A stretch of DNA of 64,000 bases from Acidobacteria bacterium SCN 69-37 (GTDB lineage: Bacteria; Acidobacteriota; Vicinamibacteria; Vicinamibacterales; SCN-69-37). The position numbers were made by a program, and so were the translations under genes. The stretch covers positions 41,777 to 105,776 of the forward strand of contig MEDJ01000009.1 in NCBI GenBank assembly GCA_001724025.1. The letters run 5' to 3'. This document shows, piece after piece, positions 60,343 to 64,000 of the stretch. Position 1 is the first letter of the stretch; each line of letters begins with the position of its first letter. The notes beneath the pieces are model-generated. The model did not search any database, had not been told where the DNA came from, and saw only the letters and a program-made list of their open reading frames with translations.

Positions 60343-61719
60343 CTATCCTCGGATGATGCGCGGCGTGATGAAGATCAACAGTTCCTGCGCGCGGTTGGTC
60401 TCCGCCTCGTTCTTGAACAACCACCCGAGCAGCGGCACACGGCTCAGGCCGGGCGTGCGCGATCGATCGTTCTGATCGGTCGTGGCGAGAATGCCGCCGA
60501 TGACGGTGGTGGCGCCGTCGGCCACCTGCACGCTCGTGCGGGCGCGATCGGTGCGGATCGACGGGCCGGCGGCCTCGGAACCGAGAATGTCGCTCGGCGT
60601 GCCGTTCTCGAGCGCGATGCTCATGATGACGGTGTCGGCCGCGGTGATCTTCGGCGTGACGAGCAGCTTCAGGGCGGCGTCCTTGAACTGGATCGACGTG
60701 CTGGTCACGCCGCCGGTGGTGGTGACGACCTGGTATGGAATCTCGACGCCCTGTGTGACCTCGGCTTCCATGTTGTTCTGCGTCGTGATGCGCGGCGTGG
60801 AGATGACGCGCAGGGCGCCCTCCGTCTCGAGCGCGCGGAGCGCCACGTCGATATTGAGGGCGCCGTTGAGCGCGCCCATCGCGAGACCGATGGCCGATCC
60901 GGCCGCGCCGTTGGGCAGCAGGTTCCCGACCTCGCTGGTGGCGAAGTTGTTCGCGGTCTCGAGCACGCCGTTGTTGGGAAACGCGAGATTCGTGGTGTTG
61001 CCGAGCGCCGAGCTCGCTTCACCGCTCGCGCCCCACCGCACGCCCAGGTTGCGGACGGTCGTGTTGAGCGTCTGGACCACGCGCGCCTCGATCTCGACCT
61101 GCGGCTCGGGCCTGTCGAGATCAGCCACCAGTCCCTTGATCTGCTCGAGATCCGACGGACTGGCCTGCACGATCAGCATGTTGGTGCGCGGTTCGAAGTG
61201 CACCGCGCCGCGGTCGGCCTCGGCGTATTTGAGCGCCGTCAGGAGCTTCGCCACGTCCTCGGCATCGGCGTAGCTCAGGCGGAACCGCTCGGTGGGCAGG
61301 TCGGCGAGCACCACCTTCGAGGCTTCGGCGGCCGTGGCGTTGCGCTCGCGCCGCTCGGACATCTGCTGCGTCAGCGCCAGCACCCGCACCACGGGCCCTT
61401 CCTGCTCGTAGGTCAGCCCCCCGGATCGCAGGATCACGTCCATCACCTGGTACCAGGGCACCTGCGCCAGCCGGAGATCGACGCTGGCGTCGGGCGGCAC
61501 GCTGGGGTCGATCACCAGGTTCACGCCGCCGATCTCGGCCAGTTGACGCAGCACGGTGCGCAGGTTGGCGGCCTGATAGTCGACGTCGATCGGGCTCGCG
61601 CTGAACTGCTGCAGACTCGACGCGACCGATGGGGCCTGCCCGGGCGCCGCTCCGAGACCGACGAGTGTCGTTGCGGCCGCCAGCGCCGCCGCCACCACCC
61701 AGTTCCGCATGTTCCTCAT
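60343..61719 (-). CDS. pilQ: Type IV pilus secretin PilQ
   Basis: ORF trimmed to ATG 61717-61719 (AGGAGAAG upstream), giving 458 aa with the secretin C-domain …GGILATTDQNDRSRTPGLSRVPLLGWLFKNEAETNRAQELLIFITPRII. Confidence 0.9.
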   Translation of the reverse strand: MRNMRNWVVAAALAAATTLVGLGAAPGQAPSVASSLQQFSASPIDVDYQAANLRTVLRQLAEIGGVNLVIDPSVPPDASVDLRLAQVPWYQVMDVILRSGGLTYEQEGPVVRVLALTQQMSERRERNATAAEASKVVLADLPTERFRLSYADAEDVAKLLTALKYAEADRGAVHFEPRTNMLIVQASPSDLEQIKGLVADLDRPEPQVEIEARVVQTLNTTVRNLGVRWGASGEASSALGNTTNLAFPNNGVLETANNFATSEVGNLLPNGAAGSAIGLAMGALNGALNIDVALRALETEGALRVISTPRITTQNNMEAEVTQGVEIPYQVVTTTGGVTSTSIQFKDAALKLLVTPKITAADTVIMSIALENGTPSDILGSEAAGPSIRTDRARTSVQVADGATTVIGGILATTDQNDRSRTPGLSRVPLLGWLFKNEAETNRAQELLIFITPRIIRG

Positions 61720-62213
61720 TGGACTTCTTCTCCTGACGGGCGCAGGGACTTGCGCAGATGATTGGGAGCCACGCCGCGCTCGACGCGCTCGGCGAAGATG
61801 ACGCCATTGGCGTCGATGCGGGACACCGTGGCGTCGAGCAGCTGGTCGTTGACGTGGCTGACGAACGACTGCCGGTTCGGTCCCTCGAGAATGGCCAGCA
61901 TCGTGTCGCCGTTGCGCACGACGCCGCGGACGAGCACGTCGGCCAGCGCGACACCGGCCAGGCCCGCCGGCCGCGGACGTGCGCCCTCGGCGCCACTGCC
62001 CGTCCGTTTGGCCGTCACCAGGCTCGCAAACGGATCCCGTCGTCCGCCCGAGTCGTAGCTCGACAGGATCTCGCCGACGCGGCTGCCGACCGCGATGGGC
62101 GTGGCCGTCGCGGGAATAACCGGAGCCACCGGCGGCGCGGCCGAGGGCTCGGCCTGCTGCGCGGCCACGGGTGTGACCAGCAGCAGGCTCAGGATGACGC
62201 TGGGGGCCTTCAT
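61716..62213 (-). CDS. pilP: Type IV pilus assembly protein PilP-like
   Basis: ORF trimmed to ATG 62211-62213, giving 165 aa with a signal peptide, RDPF, and …LVRGVVRNGDTMLAILEGPNRQSFVSHVNDQLLDATVSRIDANGVIF. Confidence 0.7.
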   Translation of the reverse strand: MKAPSVILSLLLVTPVAAQQAEPSAAPPVAPVIPATATPIAVGSRVGEILSSYDSGGRRDPFASLVTAKRTGSGAEGARPRPAGLAGVALADVLVRGVVRNGDTMLAILEGPNRQSFVSHVNDQLLDATVSRIDANGVIFAERVERGVAPNHLRKSLRPSGEEVQ

Positions 62214-62797
62214 GGCCGTCCTCCAATGGGCGTGGGAATCGTCTTCTGGAACACGAAGGTGGTAGCCACACAGGTGGCCGAGACCGTGCCGCGGCCGTTG
62301 GCTTTGGTCTGCGTGCGAATCTGCAGGTCGCTGACCGACATCAATCGTTCCATGGCGGCAATGCGATCGAAGAAGCGGCCGAGGTCGTGGTAGCCGCCCT
62401 CGACGCCGAGTTCGATCGGCCACTCGGTGTACTGCGCACGGGCCACGGCGGCCTGCGGCTTGAAGCTGGCGATGTCGAGCAGCGACTCGCTCGCCATCTC
62501 GTGCAGGTTGCGCAGCACGTCCTGCGGGTCCTTCTCTTCCGGGATCACCGCTTCGGTCTCGCGCAGCTGCGCTTCGAGGGCGCGCACCTCGCGCTCGGCC
62601 GTCGGCAGCCGGGCGGCAACGCTCTGCGCCTTCAGCACGTCGCCCTGCAGGGTTTCGAGTTTGGCCTGCTGCGCGGCAATCTGGGCGCTGGCCGGTCCGA
62701 GCAGCGCCTGCCAGACCGCGCCGGCCACCAGCAGCGACAGCAGCACGAAGACGATCAGCTGCGCGCGCGGGGACAGTTCATTGAAGCTCTTCGCCAT
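62210..62797 (-). CDS. pilO: Type IV pilus assembly protein PilO-like
   Basis: ORF trimmed to ATG 62795-62797, giving 195 aa with one TM helix, a coiled coil, and a ferredoxin-like C-terminus (…WPIELGVEGGYHDLGRFFDRIAAMERLMSVSDL…). Confidence 0.75.
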   Translation of the reverse strand: MAKSFNELSPRAQLIVFVLLSLLVAGAVWQALLGPASAQIAAQQAKLETLQGDVLKAQSVAARLPTAEREVRALEAQLRETEAVIPEEKDPQDVLRNLHEMASESLLDIASFKPQAAVARAQYTEWPIELGVEGGYHDLGRFFDRIAAMERLMSVSDLQIRTQTKANGRGTVSATCVATTFVFQKTIPTPIGGRP

Positions 62798-62801
62798 CGC
62801 C

Positions 62802-63455
62802 TTACGCTCCGGGCACGGGGGCGCCGGCGTGGCCGGCGACAGTGGGGGTCGCGCCCTGCGCGACGGTGGCCGACGCGGCCGCATCGGCCGGCGACTGCGG
62901 CGGCACGACGTCGGCCTTGACGACGAACCGGACCACGGGGGTGTCGTCGATCGCTTCCGTCGCGGTCGAGAGAATCTCGACGGGCCGGAGGAAGTAGCCG
63001 GAGCTCTGGAGGCGCTCGGTGAAGTCGGTCACGGCGGTGATCGACGTCGCGCGGCCGTCGACCTGCACCGTGGCACCGGCCTGCTTGATTTCCATCAGCC
63101 ACAGTCCCTCGGGCACGCTGTAGCTGACCGTCTCGAGCAGGCTGACGGGCGCCCGTTTCGACGCGCGCAGCCGCTCGATCAGCGCCAGGCGCTCGGTCAG
63201 CTCGGTCCGTCGGGCATTGGTGCGCTCGACGAGATCGGCCGCATCTTTCAGCCGGGTCAGTTCGGCCTGCGCCGCGGCGATCTGCGTCTCGATCGCGGCG
63301 CGCTGCACGCCCTGGTAGTACCAGTAGCCCCCGAGCGCCAGGGCCGTGACGACGAGGACTCCCACGCCGCCGAGGGCCGAACGCTGTTCGCGCGGCAGCC
63401 ACTCGCGTGGCGCGGCCACGCCGGGATTGGTGGCGAGCAGGTTGACCTTGATCAT
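62802..63455 (-). CDS. pilN: Type IV pilus assembly protein PilN-like
   Basis: 217 aa: MIKVNLL…, a TM helix, a coiled coil, and …VSLLETVSYSVPEGLWLMEIKQ…V.VDGRA.S…V.DF…L. Confidence 0.8.
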   Translation of the reverse strand: MIKVNLLATNPGVAAPREWLPREQRSALGGVGVLVVTALALGGYWYYQGVQRAAIETQIAAAQAELTRLKDAADLVERTNARRTELTERLALIERLRASKRAPVSLLETVSYSVPEGLWLMEIKQAGATVQVDGRATSITAVTDFTERLQSSGYFLRPVEILSTATEAIDDTPVVRFVVKADVVPPQSPADAAASATVAQGATPTVAGHAGAPVPGA

Positions 63456-64000
63456 CGGTCGCCCTCCTGCCGCATCGCCAGGCCCACGGCCACGGCGTAG
63501 GACGGCCCCGGCGCCTCGACGCCGAGGGTCCGGCTCGAGCGCGTGACACGGCGGAACGGATCGAACACGTCGACCGGCGCGTCGAACTCCCCGGCCAGCA
63601 GATCCACCAGACCGACGGCCTGGTAGGCGCCGCCCGAGAGCACGATGCGCGAAATCTTCTCGATGGGAGCCGTGGCCCTGTAGAAGTCGACCGTCTTGCG
63701 GATCTCGAGGACCAGTTGCGCGCTGGCCTCGCGCAGCACGGCCGCCACCTGATCGGCGCTCATGTCGGGCGGCATCTGTCCGTGCAGCATGCGGCGCGCG
63801 GTAAGGTCGTCGATGCCCGACGGCCCGAGTTCGCGCAGCACCGACTCGAGGTGAATCTGTCCGCCAATCGAGATGTCGCGGGTGAAGACCGGCTCGCCGT
63901 TCTCGAGCAGGCAGACGATCGTGACGCCGCGGCCGACGTGGACGAGGACGGTCAGCGCGTCGGTGCGTTCCGGGTAATTCATGCGGTAGGCGTTGGCCAG
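63452..64000 (-). CDS. pilM: Type IV pilus assembly ATPase-fold protein PilM, C-terminal part (the 5' end lies beyond the window)
   Basis: The frame stays open to position 64000 (…LANAYRMNYPERTDALTVLVHVGRGVTIVCLLENGEPVFTRDISIGG…IVLSGGAYQAVGL..LL…). 4-nt overlap with pilN. Confidence 0.85.
   Translation of the reverse strand: MANAYRMNYPERTDALTVLVHVGRGVTIVCLLENGEPVFTRDISIGGQIHLESVLRELGPSGIDDLTARRMLHGQMPPDMSADQVAAVLREASAQLVLEIRKTVDFYRATAPIEKISRIVLSGGAYQAVGLVDLLAGEFDAPVDVFDPFRRVTRSSRTLGVEAPGPSYAVAVGLAMRQEGDR

Overview
This is a high-GC bacterial chromosome segment. It is possibly from the Acidobacteriota, inferred only from carboxypeptidase-regulatory-like repeat proteins and a CxxCH/HEAT/discoidin protein. 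It has two parts.

(1) Positions 1-21009 are the right-hand ~21 kb of an integrative conjugative element (ICE). On the minus strand it carries a tightly packed VirB/Trb-type type IV secretion operon: VirB2, B3, B4, B9, B10, a B5-like gene, B6 and B8, followed by a small membrane protein, two winged-helix replication-relaxation-like proteins, an RHH protein and a coupling ATPase that runs off the window. It also has a Crp/Fnr-type regulator, a SpoVG-like gene, an ArdC anti-restriction gene, and a visibly more AT-rich plus-strand three-gene cargo module. That module encodes a Cap4-like nuclease, a small middle component and a Rad50-like ABC ATPase (Lamassu / ABC-3C type). A large serine recombinase sits at the element end, and its last 44 nt overlap the 3' half of tRNA-fMet.

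(2) Positions 21043-64000 are core chromosome:
- central metabolism: dcd, ndk, korAB, sucCD, sdhCAB, mdh, icd
- the KDO/LPS cluster: kdsB, pyrG, kdsA, kdsD, kdsC, lapB
- an in-frame coaE-folD fusion, then thiE, accBC and an M24 peptidase
- a pilMNOPQ type IV pilus operon with downstream lipoprotein and acidic TPR genes
- a vapBC cassette flanked by a 43-bp duplication of the mdh 3' end

The best candidate for a system worth follow-up is the ICE-borne three-gene nuclease/ABC-ATPase module. Next is a covariation-supported structured leader shared by ardC and the SpoVG-like gene. Other non-genic structure includes a candidate oriT, a 5-N6-5 palindrome in front of the T4SS operon, a CCCCGGGGC hairpin repeat family, and a 36-bp perfect inverted repeat that is read into two convergent genes.

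All functional calls come from reading the translations by eye. No database search was run.
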